DNA of 56,698 nucleotides, the filler included, from Catajapyx aquilonaris (lineage: Eukaryota), in assembly GCA_000934665.2 (NCBI GenBank). It is 2 parts of 2 records of this genome, joined end to end, with 100 filler letters (N's around TTAATTAATTAA, not from the genome) between each part and the next. Parts side by side here need not be neighbours in the genome. Positions count along the whole stretch, not along the records: positions 28,470 to 56,698 come from JYFJ02004948.1; 1 more part is not named here. The stretch is one strand, 5' to 3'. A program made the position numbers and the translations under genes. Under the pieces are notes generated by a model. That model saw nothing but the letters and a program-made list of their open reading frames with translations, was not told the origin of the DNA and searched no databases. Shown here piece after piece: positions 43,946 through 56,698 of this stretch (the first letter of the stretch is position 1; every line of letters starts with the position of its first letter).

Positions 43946-46420
43946 GCTGTTCTAGAAAGTACTGAATGTAAATAACGTCATTATTTTTTTACATTAAATA
44001 AATGACGAAATGATGTACCAAAGTACAGTGGGCCACTACTGATGAGGAAATCTATTAACTCACTATGAGCAGGTGCAAATTTGACACCGATAACTGAGAT
44101 TGAGCAACGTGTTTTACATATTATTAACTATACCCATTGGCCATGACGACTTCCTCATGATTATAATTATTTAACTTCACACGAACCACGCCAGAATAAA
44201 ATATATAGCATTAGATGATCAGCCAGTCAAATTCCACGCTATGAAACTGTCCTTGAGATTTCACAGAACATGAACACAGATTTTAGATTCTGTCAATCAA
44301 AATACTGATTATTTATCCGGGGGGTTAAACAACCATAAGGCAATGGCACTAGCAAATAAGCTTTTTTTAAACTAAATAAAATATAAAAGGTCACTACTTT
44401 GTCCCTACGTAAAAATGTCAGTCCAAAGGTAATATCACTAATATGCAATGAGATAATTTGATGCAAGTCATTAATGTGAATGCACTCAGTGATTGCATCA
44501 TATTACCTGTGACAATATTATAACCGCATATGTCGCAACACCCCCTATATTTTTTTGTTGGTTACCTGTACGGATTTCCTAAGTGGGTAGCAGCCAGTCG
44601 GAACCAACAAAAACGACAAAAGTATGAGTTAATTCCCTCCACGTGATGCGATACTTATGTAGCAGTTTCAGCAGGTGTGGCAGAGTCTCCAGATTACGCT
44701 TTCTCCTCGCTCCAGCTGGATTCCTTATTAGGCAGTGGCCTTGTCGCTTTTTATATATTATACAGTCTAACTAAATGTTGTAAAGCATCTGCGCCTCTTC
44801 GGTAATCATCGCCGGAAATTACTTAAAATTTGAACCTCAAAAAAATAAAATTGCAAGAACCTTGAAAAGAGTAATACCATATGAAATTATTACTACAGGT
44901 TGTCAACTGGCCAAATGTATTAAATAACCCTGACCTATTTTGATCAACTGGCATAATACCAAATTGAAATCGGGGTGGAAAGTTGCGAATTGTTCTGATG
45001 AGTAGGGTCCAGATTGGAAAAAGGTTCAGACGCAAAAGATTGGCCTTCGTACATATAAGCTATGGGTATAAAACTTGATTTGAATTGCGAATAGATAGGT
45101 CTGGCTGGCATGGCAAATTCGAGTCATCTGTCAATGTCTGTTTGCTAAACTCGTGTCGCCGATGGCATGGTGAATCTATGTGGAATACTGGCTTGTGTTT
45201 CACGGCAGGTGGTATTGCTCATCATTCGAGGGCGTCGTACCAAATGCCCTGTACACCCTTGAACCATATAATGCAGAGTAATGTACTAATATTTAACTAT
45301 TCGGTGTTAGATAAGAAAGGAATTACTTTTAAATAATTTTTTTTCATGTTACTGCGACTTATTAATTTTTGGCTAATACTACTGATATATCCTCCTAAGG
45401 TAATGCAGTGAATCTCCCACATGCATAATGCATTCATCCTGAAAATGTCAGATAAGAATAATTACTGCTGATCATTTGCTTCAACAACAACAACTAAGCT
45501 ATTCAGACGAATCTCATAAATAAATATCTGGTCTACTTCAGCGAAAATGACGTAGTTCCTGACACTGGAACTTCCAGATCTAAGAAGTGTAAATGTTCTT
45601 TTTAGGCCGGAATTTTTTATTTGGACATATCTTACAATGCGTATAATGCGATATAATGAGCTGTAAATTAATGCCATGTGTCATTGCACCAAAAGCAATA
45701 ATAGAAATGAAATCATAACATTGCTGCTGCATTACCACATGATTCATAGGCAGATCATAACAACATTATCGGTAGACACTTGTTTACATAGCTACTATTT
45801 TTTTTTTCAACCACCAAATCTTTACTGCCTGGAGATCTATTTGGTAAGAACCCACGATACGGATGGGTCTACAGTAAAGTCGCATCTTGAGCAATCCCAA
45901 AGGCGTCTTGGTGGTTGCCGACAAGCGAGACAAGACGCTTCCTCAGCAGGGACACGGGGAGACACATTTGATGTTATCTGCTGTCGGCAGCAGGGGTAAA
46001 GAGGGGAGGCTAGGTGGTGGTTTCTCGATGCATGGTAGATGAGGTGGGCTTTTCCAAGAGCTGGCCCTCTACTGCTTACATTTCTGTCCTTTATGCACAA
46101 AGGAGCAAGGAGGTTAGGCTGTAAACCTGTGATAGCCCCCTCACCTGGAAAGGCCCTGCTGAATTTGAACCCTTGGGAATATTCCGACCTCTGTGTTGGA
46201 AGCAATGGGGATGGCAGAAGTTTGGTTCTAGTCTGTGGTAAGTACACGCATGTTTAGGTGTTCTGTTAAAATTAAATTAAGTGACGTCACTTGAGACGCC
46301 ATATTGTGTTAGTTAAAAACGCTGGCGGCCGGGGGCGCTGCACAGCAGTGTCGCCCTCAGGCGACCATTAAACTATACACTCGGTACTGGTCTAAAACCA
46401 AGTGTGTATTTCAGGCTGCC

Positions 46421-49400
46421 ATGATCGAACCGACGCTAGAAGAAGTGCCAATTGACACTGTCACTTTAGTGTCGAAGATGTCCTGGCCGGATGACTGGGT
46501 GCCTGTCATTGCCCTTAGTGTAGTGACGGTTGTGGCAGTGGTCATAATTCCTCTGATCCTCATACGATTTTGTTGCCCCCGATACCTCCCTCCTGGGCCA
46601 TGGGGTTTACCACTGGTTGGGTATGCCCCATTTATCGACAGCAAAAGGCCTTACGTCACTCTGACCCAACTGGCGCAAAAGTACGGCCGTGTGTACAGCG
46701 TGAAATTAGGCAGCATACTCTGCGTGGTCATCACCGACCCCAAGATAATCAGGAAAGTGTTGTCGCAAGAAGCGTACACCGGAAGAGCGCCACTGTATAT
46801 GACGCACGGCATTATGAAAGGATTGGGTGAGTAGGTTTTGTACTAGATAAGATAAAAGTACTGTACAAATGTAAAATTAGAGATAGTACATCTGTGGTCA
46901 ATACTGTGTAAGGTCTCGTGCTGGAAGCCACACGTTTCATATATGTTCCTACAGGATCAGACTTGTCTATTTGAAGCACAAACAAGTCAGAAAGGAACCG
47001 AACTTTTATGTCCTGCTGCTGGGCGATATTTTCTTTATCTGGTCGGCAGTTTTTCTTCATTTGGACGTTGTCACAAATTAATGAAATAGTACTGCTGGTT
47101 AGGAAGTCGGCTTCTGTCAATAGGTCAGAAGCCTATGAGTCATTCGGGCGGTTTGAGCACATTTTAAAATTTAATATTAAAATTAATTGCATGGCACAAA
47201 TTCATTCAATTGAGCCCAGCATACCCATATGATACGGATGGGAGATTCTGCAAGGGACTGACTCGAAGCGTGACGTTAGAGACACGCAAATGCGAATTTT
47301 AATGTAGAGCAATTTGTTTGTTTATTTACATCGTTGCATATATAGGAGTTCAATATTGCATGGATTGCTATATGATATGGAGATTGATTTACTACAGTCA
47401 CATTTTCATATAGTCACAAAGACTGCAATTAAAGTGAACAAATTAAAATGTAAAGATGAAGGTCATACTTCATGACGTCTCTCTTCAGCAATTTGTAAAA
47501 TATCTAATTAACTTCATGCAATCATTCTTGATGCTATTTTAAACACCATTGCAACATTTGAATTCTCATAAAAAAATATTCGCGACACCTAATCAGTCAG
47601 TGCCATCAGCAGTCCACTGCACTTAACACCTCCAATGCAAGTAAACAACACCCAGGGACAGTTAGTCACTTACTAAAAAGAAAACACTATTTTTTGCCAT
47701 CGAAACCAGCAAAGAGGAAGAAGTATGACGCAATTTCATCCCCATTGATCCAGTACAAGTGAAGGCCAAAATAGGGAGTAACAAACCCCCCAGTAGAAAA
47801 TTCGCGAGCCATCGTTGCGGAGGATGACCATCTTGCCAATATCCTCCCCACCACCACCTCCTCCTTGACCACCGTTGCCACCCTCTGGTTTGTGCACATG
47901 TTTGCCAATTGCGAAGGTCGGAGAAGAGTCGGTCCCGCCCTCTCAAGGTCAGTTTGTTCCGAGGTCCCCAGGCCGTCGACCGGGGTACATTAGGTGCCGC
48001 CACGTGATAAAGTGGTCTTTCTAATATTCTATACTTGATCACCTCTAACACTATATGTCTTATAGTCATACCGGTTGTAAATCACAGTTAGATGGATAGA
48101 GTTACACAAGGACTTTTTTTTTACTGTGTGTAATAGTTGCATTTGGTTATGTGATTCATAGTGGCTTATTCGAGCATTGAAGTCTTCTGATGACTATTCG
48201 TATTGTTACGGATAACAACCTTGGCAGCGAGATTGCCTTGGCCTACTACACTACTGTCCAGATGAACCTACCACATTATGTGCCTTATGTTCTGAAAGGG
48301 TCCTTCAGAATTCGCATTAATAAAATCATTGTCTTTTGATATTTGAGGCACGTACTACCTGTTCCGTCGTAATTCCGCGGAACTGCCGTGTTATGTCATC
48401 TTCAAAGGCAACGTCAATGATGGCCAACACCGGATCAGTTTGGTTGCAACTTGTGCAAAAATTCATGATGTAACGAAACTTGTATGTGGGTCAAGTTGTT
48501 TCGCGAGAGAGGCAGAAGAGTGATATTTATTTGCTATGAGCCAATTCATCTAGGCCAAGGTTTCTCCTGGCAATGTCCAAAAACCTATTGAATAAGTATC
48601 AGTGACACTTTGCAGACTATAGACCTTACCAGAATGTAACTACCCTTCCCGACTGAAAACAAGGCCTTGACATTATACACTCGCTTATACAGTAGATCGG
48701 CAAGATTAAATGCCAAGGTGACACACATTAATCAGATTAAAATACGATATTACTTCTGCAGCTTCTTTTTGTACGAGTCGTAAAACTGGTCTTACATAAT
48801 GACTCGTTCAACTTTGATATGCTGTGAAAAACTGCGAATGATGAAGTAAGCTTCATTGAATTCGTGGAAAAATTACATAACTAAAATACGTATTAGATTG
48901 AGGCGTTAAATTAATGGGAAGTAATTTTAGCACCTTCATTATTGTCATGGCTTATGTTATAGGAATGTTGTTCAATTTCGAGTGAACAATATTGTAAACA
49001 TAATTATAGCACTTGCAAAACTCCAGTTCAGTCATCCTTGCGATTAATACTGTCACGTTCCCAGGCCCTTTACGTAGTGTTGCAAAACACGGGTCATTAT
49101 TTCTCCTTGGTCAGTGTAATGGATGCAAATTGATTCATAAGCAAGGAGCAACGAACATGTGGTGAAGTCCTGCGTCACCTCACAATAAATAATAGTTGCA
49201 CTATTATATAGTTGAATAATAAATTATTCCAGTTCTGAGAGTATAGGCTATTTGTGCAAGGTAATGATTCGCACAATTTCGCACAATTTCGCACAATTTT
49301 GCCAGCTCTGCTGTATAGGCAGGTTTCACTGTATATTACCCCATGTTGTGGTTGTGGGCTAATTAAGGTGTTAAAATCAGATATATTTCAAGCTTGCACT

Positions 49401-52400
49401 TGGGCACTTCCAATTGGCCAGACCCTATAGCCTTGATCTCAGGATCGCAATGCAGAAGTCAGTCATTGCTTCCTAGTCATTTCCCATGGGCAGCACGAGG
49501 AGCCTTCAAGGACTTCCTCATAATATCGTCACGGGTAAAAAATAGCCCAACCCTGTTTGCGAATTATTGGGTATATTTTCTGTAGTAAAAGGGACTCTCG
49601 AAGGTCGGTTTCCACCTAAATAGTTTTGTTGTAGTCCTCCCATAGCACGTGCAGCCTGCAGCTTAAGACCCTTTCTTCCAAGGCTTAGCAATTTCGGGAC
49701 AATCTGTCATTTCATGACAGGTATATACACCAACTGAAGGTCCCAGCTGGATGTTGACCTGTTGCCGCCGGGAAGAAACTGCGTCTTAATAGTTCGCTAG
49801 AAAAATGGCACACCCATTTTGCATGATAGCCATGCAACATGGCGACCGAGAGACGTGACTATTTCCTGCCCGAATGGCGTCAGTTCTTCGATGGTTCATG
49901 GATTTGCAAATTAAGTACATTGCCAAGGTCAGCATGTCTGACGGTCCACATTTGGTGGAGGAATTACGTGTTTAAGAAGGGTATGACGCAAGTCGGATGC
50001 AAGTGGCCGGATCTGTGATTTTGTGAGATCTAAAATGCAAATGCAAAATGAACGACGATGTGTGCATATTAATTTAATCTACTATTAAATAGCAAGTGAT
50101 GATTTACTATTTAATTTCAGGGTTGATTGGCTCGCAAGGAGAGGCATGGAAGGAACAGCGTCGTTTCGCAATCAGTGTCCTGAAGGAGCTGGGTATGGTC
50201 AAACATGGGTCTGGAAGAGACAGGATGGAAGAACGTATTATGCAGGGAGTTCAGGATTTTCTACGGGTATATAAAGTGCATGTTACGTAAATGTTGTATT
50301 GTTCCTGAATCCTTGAGATAAGAAGTTTTTATTTCCTTATTTCCATTTTATTGGTGCCAAATACGGGTGTCATGATTATTATCCATCAAGACTGTAAAAT
50401 ATACGCCTGTGAGGCGGTAGACTTTTATAGCATCGAGTCTATAGATGGCCATGATATTATCATCATCTCTTAACACCTTGGATTAGACCTACGCATATTA
50501 ATAAATGAAGCAGTGTGTATAGGATGGCCAGTTCACCCTGGAAGTTCGTCTAAATCATTATAGGAGAAAGTAGGCTCACATACAGTAGTAACTGTCATTG
50601 ATGGCTATTTTTGAAAAAGGCTCAATTGATTTCTACATTTTGTTATAGGTTTTGGGTTCAAGTCGTGATCCTGAAGACGTAGTGCCAGCTCTTCGCCATG
50701 GAATCGGAAGTGTAATCAGTGAACTTATATATGGAGTTCGATTTGCACCTAATGATTGCACATGGCTATGGCTCCTTAACCTAATGGACGAGGGATTCAA
50801 ACTGGTTGGAGTTGCAGCCCCTGTCAATTTCTTGCCATTTCTCAGGTATATTTGACAAAAATTTGAGAGCATTGCAAAAATTATTGCGAATTGGTAACTG
50901 TTTCAGATTTGTGCCAAAGTATCACCGTGTTCTCAAGTATATCAAGGAAGGTCAGAAAAAGACCCACGCACTCTATGATGAACTGATTCAAAGGCATGAG
51001 TCGTCGCTGGATCCGGATCGTATCAGGAATTTTGTGGATGCTTATCTTGTGGAGATGAGACATCGAGGAGACGCTCCAAGCAGCTTCTCTATGGAGCAGT
51101 TGCATCACACTATGGCTGACCTTTTCGGGGCAGGGACAGACACAGCCTTGACCACCCTCAAGTGGCTTCTTCTGCAGATGATTTTGCATCAGGATGTTCA
51201 GGTATATGCAAAATTACTGAAGGTTTGATATTGGCATACCATATTTGGGGTATGAGGAAGTATTTCAACATAATGTAATTATTTTATTGCATTGTAGTAG
51301 TAAATTAATTTTCATTCGATATAAGGCCATAAGGAGGACAGGTTTGTTGTCATGATGTGACCTGCATCAGATACACGTGTTGCGCTATCAATATTTGACT
51401 TTATATAGTAGAGGTCAATTCAATGTTTAGAATATTGGGGACCAATCTAATCTGTTCTTGGTAGGCACTATCGCAGGAACAAATATATATAAAAAATACT
51501 AGGCCATCCCAGTGCTCGGATAAGACATGATATAGCTCAAGTACAACACTTATGGAAAACCTTGACCTAGAGTTATGAAACATTTCTTCGTACTCTGCGA
51601 CACACATAGTGCAATGACACCAATACTTGCGTCAGGGGCATTTTTTGTACTCTTAATTGAGTTTAGAAATGTCCATCTTATACTAATTTTACTATTTAGT
51701 AACATTGTTATTCCATTAGAAGTGACAACCTGAAATTACCAGATCTGCCTGACCTTGTCACCCTTGGTTATTTATTATTATTATTTATTTTTTTTGCAAA
51801 TTCTAACAGGAACAAGTTGCCGAAGAGATGTTGTCAGTGGTAGGACACGATCGCCTACCATCTCTGGCAGACCTTCCCCAGCTGTCTTTGACCCAAGCCG
51901 TCATCAACGAAACACAACGACTGAGGTCCATCGTCCCAACCGGCATCCCACACGGAACCCTACAAGAAACTCGACTGGAGTCGTGGCGTATACCCTCAGG
52001 AACCATGATTCTTCCTCTTCTGTGGGCAGTCCACAGAGACCCTGAACTGTGGGGAGAAGATGCCCATCTCTTTCGACCTGAGCGGTTCCTTAGGGAAGAC
52101 GGCAGCATCAAGCATCATGAATCCTACATGCCCTTCCAAACTGGTTCGTTGTCAAACAGTAACGTTGTATCGAACTCTCGACCTCATGACTTCTGAAATC
52201 CGTTACTACAACTTGCCCTGTAATAGCTATTTTGGCTATGTGTCGGAGTGTAATATGACACCTTTTTGTCTTTTAGGTTCCAGGATGTGTTTAGGTGAAG
52301 AGTTGGGACGGATGACCATCTTCCTTTTCTTTTCGGCCATTGTCCATCGCTTCCATTTGAGCTTCCCTGAAGGCTATGACTACCAGGTGAGAGTAAAGGC

Positions 52401-52863
52401 CAATTTCACCCTTTGGTGCTGTTTACTTCCTCGCCCTGATCGGTGGTCACTTTCTCAGCGTTGACCTGGATAAAGGCTTCTTTTGGCGCCGGAGAGCCAA
52501 GGTCGCTCTTGGGGTTACTGAACCAATTTTTCTGGGAGAGAAAGTGCCAAGAAAGAGTTAAACCATTATGTGTGACCAGTTGTGTTTCGGGGGCGTGTGA
52601 TAAACAGATTTTAAGTTATTATGGACGAGTTTTCTTTTGTTGTTCCTTGTCCTGTCTGGAAATTAATGAGATTTTGGTTACACGTGCAGATGGATGAAAC
52701 TCCTGAGGCTGGCATTACCCTATTGCCCAATCCCTACAAGTTGGTGGCTACTCCAAGAGAGATGCCAGAAGATGCTTCGACAGCCTCAGTACATGAAGAT
52801 GCAAGTGTGTCAACCACACTGGGAGATCGAAATGGTGGTACGGATGCTGCGACCTGGGAATGA
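46421..52863 (+). CDS. CYP306A1: Cytochrome P450 CYP306A1 (phantom, ecdysteroid 25-hydroxylase)-like, complete, 553 aa
   Basis: Seven exons: 46421-46826, 50121-50266, 50649-50845, 50907-51201, 51810-52143, 52277-52386, 52690-52863 (1662 nt, all GT-AG, phases consistent). Shows a TM anchor, PPGPWGLP hinge, GRAPLYMTHGIM, WKEQRRF, ADLFGAGTDT, ETQR, PERF and heme motif PFQTGSRMCLG. GRAPLYxTHGIM and PFQTG are typical of phantom, and adjacency to CYP18A1 supports orthology. Confidence 0.9.
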
Positions 52864-53362
52864 TCCGGTACAGTCCGGTACCGACCAAACTTTTCCTTAA
52901 GGCTACCATTGGCCCATATCAAATCAGCTTTTTAAGGGTCGGATCAAATCGCTGTATTTCCAGGAAAAATTGGCTTCAGGAAAAAATAAACCCTATCTGT
53001 GCCCATATTTCCTCAAATTGTAAGCCAATAAAGATGTTGAGAAATGCAACTTGTTGTCCATCGTCTTCGACACAGGTAGCAAAGCAGGAGCGTGTAACTA
53101 ACCAGTCAGGTTGCATTGTAGAGTTGAAAAAGAACTGAAAGAGAGCCTGAGGCCAGTTTCCGCACGAGTCGAACTAGTTTCCTTACCAACCAAGTCAGCC
53201 TTTATGGGACTTTAGGTAATCTGTGCTGGAAACCTGAAACTCGTAAGAGATTTGTATAGCGAGTTTCATTTTGCAGCACTGGATGAGCAACTTTTTGTAA
53301 GAGACCATTTGACTGAATAGAAGCCCTCCGAAGAGGGTCGAATAAGTAGAAAAATTTTCATT

Positions 53363-53363
<1 letters not shown>

Positions 53364-53428
<65 letters not shown>
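53364..53428. repeat. (AAT)n microsatellite between the two P450 3' ends
   Basis: Read directly from the sequence. Confidence 0.97.
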
Positions 53429-54376
53429 GACAGAAATAGTAAAAGTACAAAACACATGGTTGTAATCAAGTTCACATTGGGACATACAGTATACAGAGTG
53501 GACAACAATAGTTGACAACATATCTTGCAGGTGGTAATCATCGTCTGCACTTGGGAAAAATTCAAGTGTGGGTCAGGGGTCAGGAACTGACCGATTGACT
53601 AGACCACCTTGGTCTTTCAGAGTTTTACATAGACCGTTTGCAGTACTTATTTACACACTTGCACGCATGCAGGGGCCTCACGTCGTACATTTTACATCAG
53701 GCAATGTGGAATGTATAAGGGTGGGTAGACATTAAGGGGGGGGAAAAAATTGTGATCGGAACATTGACATTTTCAAGGAGATCCATTCTATTACTGTGAC
53801 TATTACATACAGAAGGCAATAACGGGACTAGTTGAATTGTACAGCGTGATTGGTTTTTTTCCCTAAGTGAAAATCATTCGCTACTAAAATTAGTAATGCC
53901 CAAAGTTATGAGGGGGAAAACTCCCTGCCTGCCTTCCTTATTACGAAGGATGGAAATGGACAAACAAAATAGTCCACATTCAATCGGCCATCCATCATGT
54001 ACACACTTGTCTCACCTTAATACATTATACTGATTGACTAGTGCACAGTAAGTGAGATGGTCCTTGTACTGAAGTAAAAAATAATATTAACTGAGTGAAC
54101 GGTACCAAAAAAAAAACACGTTCACTGTTGTACTTAGTTGGAATACTTGTACTCTCTTTCCGGCAAAAAGTTCACTGCAGCACTGAACTTCCCCATGCAC
54201 TCTTTTGTCTCTCTTCGTTGTTATCTTGATCCAGTTCTTTTTTTTTCTAGTGTTCATTTGCCTTGAGCAAAATCAGCTAGCTTATGTACACAAGTCAGGA
54301 ACATTCGCCGTATCACCCGTTCAGAACTACCCGCGAACACAAGCACTTGCCACACAAGTGCACCCAGTTAAAGTCT

Positions 54377-56418
54377 TTAGTGCTGACCTGCACTTCGAAT
54401 CACTGTCTCCATACCTGGGACGAACGAGTCTCGTCGAGGAACCAAGCAAACCTGGCAACCAACAAAAATATAAATTAATATTCAATTTATTGAACGGTAC
54501 CCAAGCTAATTTTGATTTAAACGGTAGTTACCTGGAACGGTGCTGGTGTGACGGTGACGCCGACTTGCCCCTGCAACGACGGCAACGGGCATCCTTCGGG
54601 TACCCTTATGTGAAACGAATGCAACAACGACGTCACGAACAAAAAGATCTCCATCCTCGCCAGTACTTCACCCAGACACATCCTCCGACCTGCCAAAAAA
54701 TAACAGAAAAGCAGGTCAAAACCCGAATCGCAGTGTTATCCGTTAAACGCTATTTTTGACACTAAACGCGATTAGTAATCACGTTAGCAATGATCAGAAT
54801 AAAATAACTCACCAACACCAAACGGCATGAAGTAGTCCGGCTTGAATACCCTCCCATTGGCATCGAGGAACCTGTTGGGGTTGAACTTTTCGGGCTCATC
54901 CCAAAGTGTAGGGTCGTGGTGAACAGAGTGAAGCAGTGGGATGACGTGGGTGCCTTTGGGGATGCCGTAGCCATCAAGATCCACGTCCCTGCAAACCAGA
55001 CAAAACATTTATATGTAAGGCCTTCCCAAGGTGGGTGTTACGTAATACACAAGGAAGGAGGCCGTTTGGAGAATGGCCGAGTTCAGTGACTATAAGGGTA
55101 CCATTGGAGGTAATTAGGGAGGGGCACCATATATATTTTTTTAATGCGTAAAATTTCGCATGGGGTCAACCAACTTAAGAGGAGGGCACAAAAACAGGGG
55201 CGACAGGGAAACTAATCGAGGAAAACCTTCTAGAAAGTAGGTTTGGTCAAGATAGGATTGGGTCGAAATAGGCAGTTTTTTTGAGGCTTTCTCCCCTCCC
55301 AAGGTGCAAAGTTTAGAGTGCAAAAAAAATGTATGAATATGTCTGAAAAGGGCTTTGATCCCAACTCTCATATTTTTTTTGTGCAACCTCTGAACCTGCT
55401 CAATAGTTTGGTTGTCTGACTAGGGTGGTGCGCAAACTCTTGTGAAACGGTTTTTTTGGGAATATCTTACCTGGTTGTTGCATGGGTTGTGCCTAGAGGA
55501 ACGATGCTGGAGTGACGAAGAACTTCGTATATTGTAGCTTCTGTGTATGGAAGAAGTGACATGTCGCTCAGCCTTGGAGACCGTTTTGATCCTACCACGT
55601 CATCCAGCTCTTCCTGGATATTCTTCTGGATATCCGGGTTATGCAGAAGAAATATGACGGCCCACATCAAGGTGGTCTTGACTGTTTCCATACCGGCGGT
55701 GAAAAGGTCTGCCATGATCTGCTCCATCTGCCGGTCTGAGGTAATCAAGAGCGTTACATTCTATTACCTCACACTGATAACAACATGTACACACCTGGTT
55801 CTCTGCCATCAAAAAGAAGTCGGTCACCATCTTCCTCCTTAGCCTTTTCAATCTCCAGAAGGTAACTGTCCACTATGTCCCGGATATTATTCCGGTCAAA
55901 GTCCCTCCTGTGTTCGTCTAGAATGGTTTTGAAGAACTCTCCAATCTCTACACGGTTCATCTTCAGCTTTTGGACCTTCTCATCGACATTGAGGAAGAGG
56001 TTGATGACTGGGATGTCATGTAGGGTCGAGCACAAAGAACCGGCCAATGCAAAACCTTCGTCAACCAGATGCATGTACCGTGTGAAACGGGGGTCACCGA
56101 AGGAAAATCGGGTGCTCATAACGGCGGAAGTGATGACGTTGCTGACTGAGGTGGTCATCATCGATGTCAGGTTCAAAGGTCGACCCTTTTCAAGCAGGAG
56201 TGCTTGAAGCAGGATTTCTACCTCTTTCTACAATAGAAAATAGCCACCGATAGTACCGCATTACATTATTTTTTGTCGGCCATTTTCATCCGTAACACTT
56301 ACCATAATGAGGTCTTCAAGCTTGCCAGATCCCATCATTTTCATGCCAAAATTACGCAAGCGTTCGTGTATAAAACGCCTCTGGTCCTTCCACAACGATC
56401 CTTCCACGTTGATTATAC
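54377..56418 (-). CDS. CYP18A1: Cytochrome P450 CYP18A1 (ecdysteroid 26-hydroxylase/oxidase)-like, 5'-truncated by the window
   Basis: Exons 56418-56303, 56227-55795, 55735-55471, 54988-54813, 54689-54532, 54451-54377. Motifs: GIINVEGSLWKDQRRFIHERLRNFGM, DRQMEQIMADLFTAGMETVKTTLMW, EVLR, SIVPLGTTH, PNRF, PFGVGRRMCLGEVLARME, C-terminus IRSAGQH*. The N-terminal exon(s) lie beyond 56698. Confidence 0.9.
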
Positions 56419-56698
56419 CTAAAGGAAGGTCAGGAAATAGGATGTAAATAACACTTCCTTGTCACATACGCATCAGCTAAAAACTACCCCCAATTTTTAA
56501 TCAACAAGTTATCAAAATATATCAGATACACCGTGAGTCAAAAATTCCACCGTCTTATCTACAACCAAAGCCCGCCAAGTTGGGGCCCAAAAAGCGGTCC
56601 TTTTGCCCTCTAAAAGAAACGGAGGTGTTGAGGCCAGGGTTTCGGTAATCAGGAGGGAAAAACCTCGGAGTGTCCCTCCAAAAGTCTGATGCCCCCTA

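Noticed and set aside
50523..50570. Possible extra phantom micro-exon (DGQFTLEVRLNHYRR)
   Set aside because: Exons 2 and 3 already join in frame with normal P450 spacing, and the splice signals are weak.
54205..54759. 184-aa plus-strand ORF
   Set aside because: Antisense shadow of the CYP18A1 terminal exons.

Overview
Eukaryotic, intron-containing arthropod genomic DNA; the species is not determinable from the sequence. An artificial N44-TTAATTAATTAA-N45 linker at 28370-28470 splits the window in two. The left part (1-28369) has no recognisable protein-coding exon and is filled with microsatellites, degenerate tandem repeats, MITEs, palindromes and a short dispersed repeat family carrying a CTCF-like motif. 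The right part holds four genes, all reconstructed by hand from GT-AG splice sites and protein motifs: the last three coding exons of a Deltex E3 ligase (+), a convergent 3-exon YIL108W/Metallopep-like zinc metalloprotease (-), a complete 7-exon CYP306A1/phantom-like ecdysteroid P450 (+), and the 3' six exons of a tail-to-tail CYP18A1-like P450 (-). The most notable observations are the phantom/CYP18A1 pair with shared intron positions, a perfect 43-bp palindrome with two POU octamers upstream of phantom, CRE and FTZ-F1-type sites around phantom, probable antisense overlap of the Deltex and metalloprotease 3' ends, and a tRNA-derived SINE with a 15-bp TSD nested in a MITE in a Deltex intron. 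I found no clearly new biological system; the regulatory claims are hypotheses.
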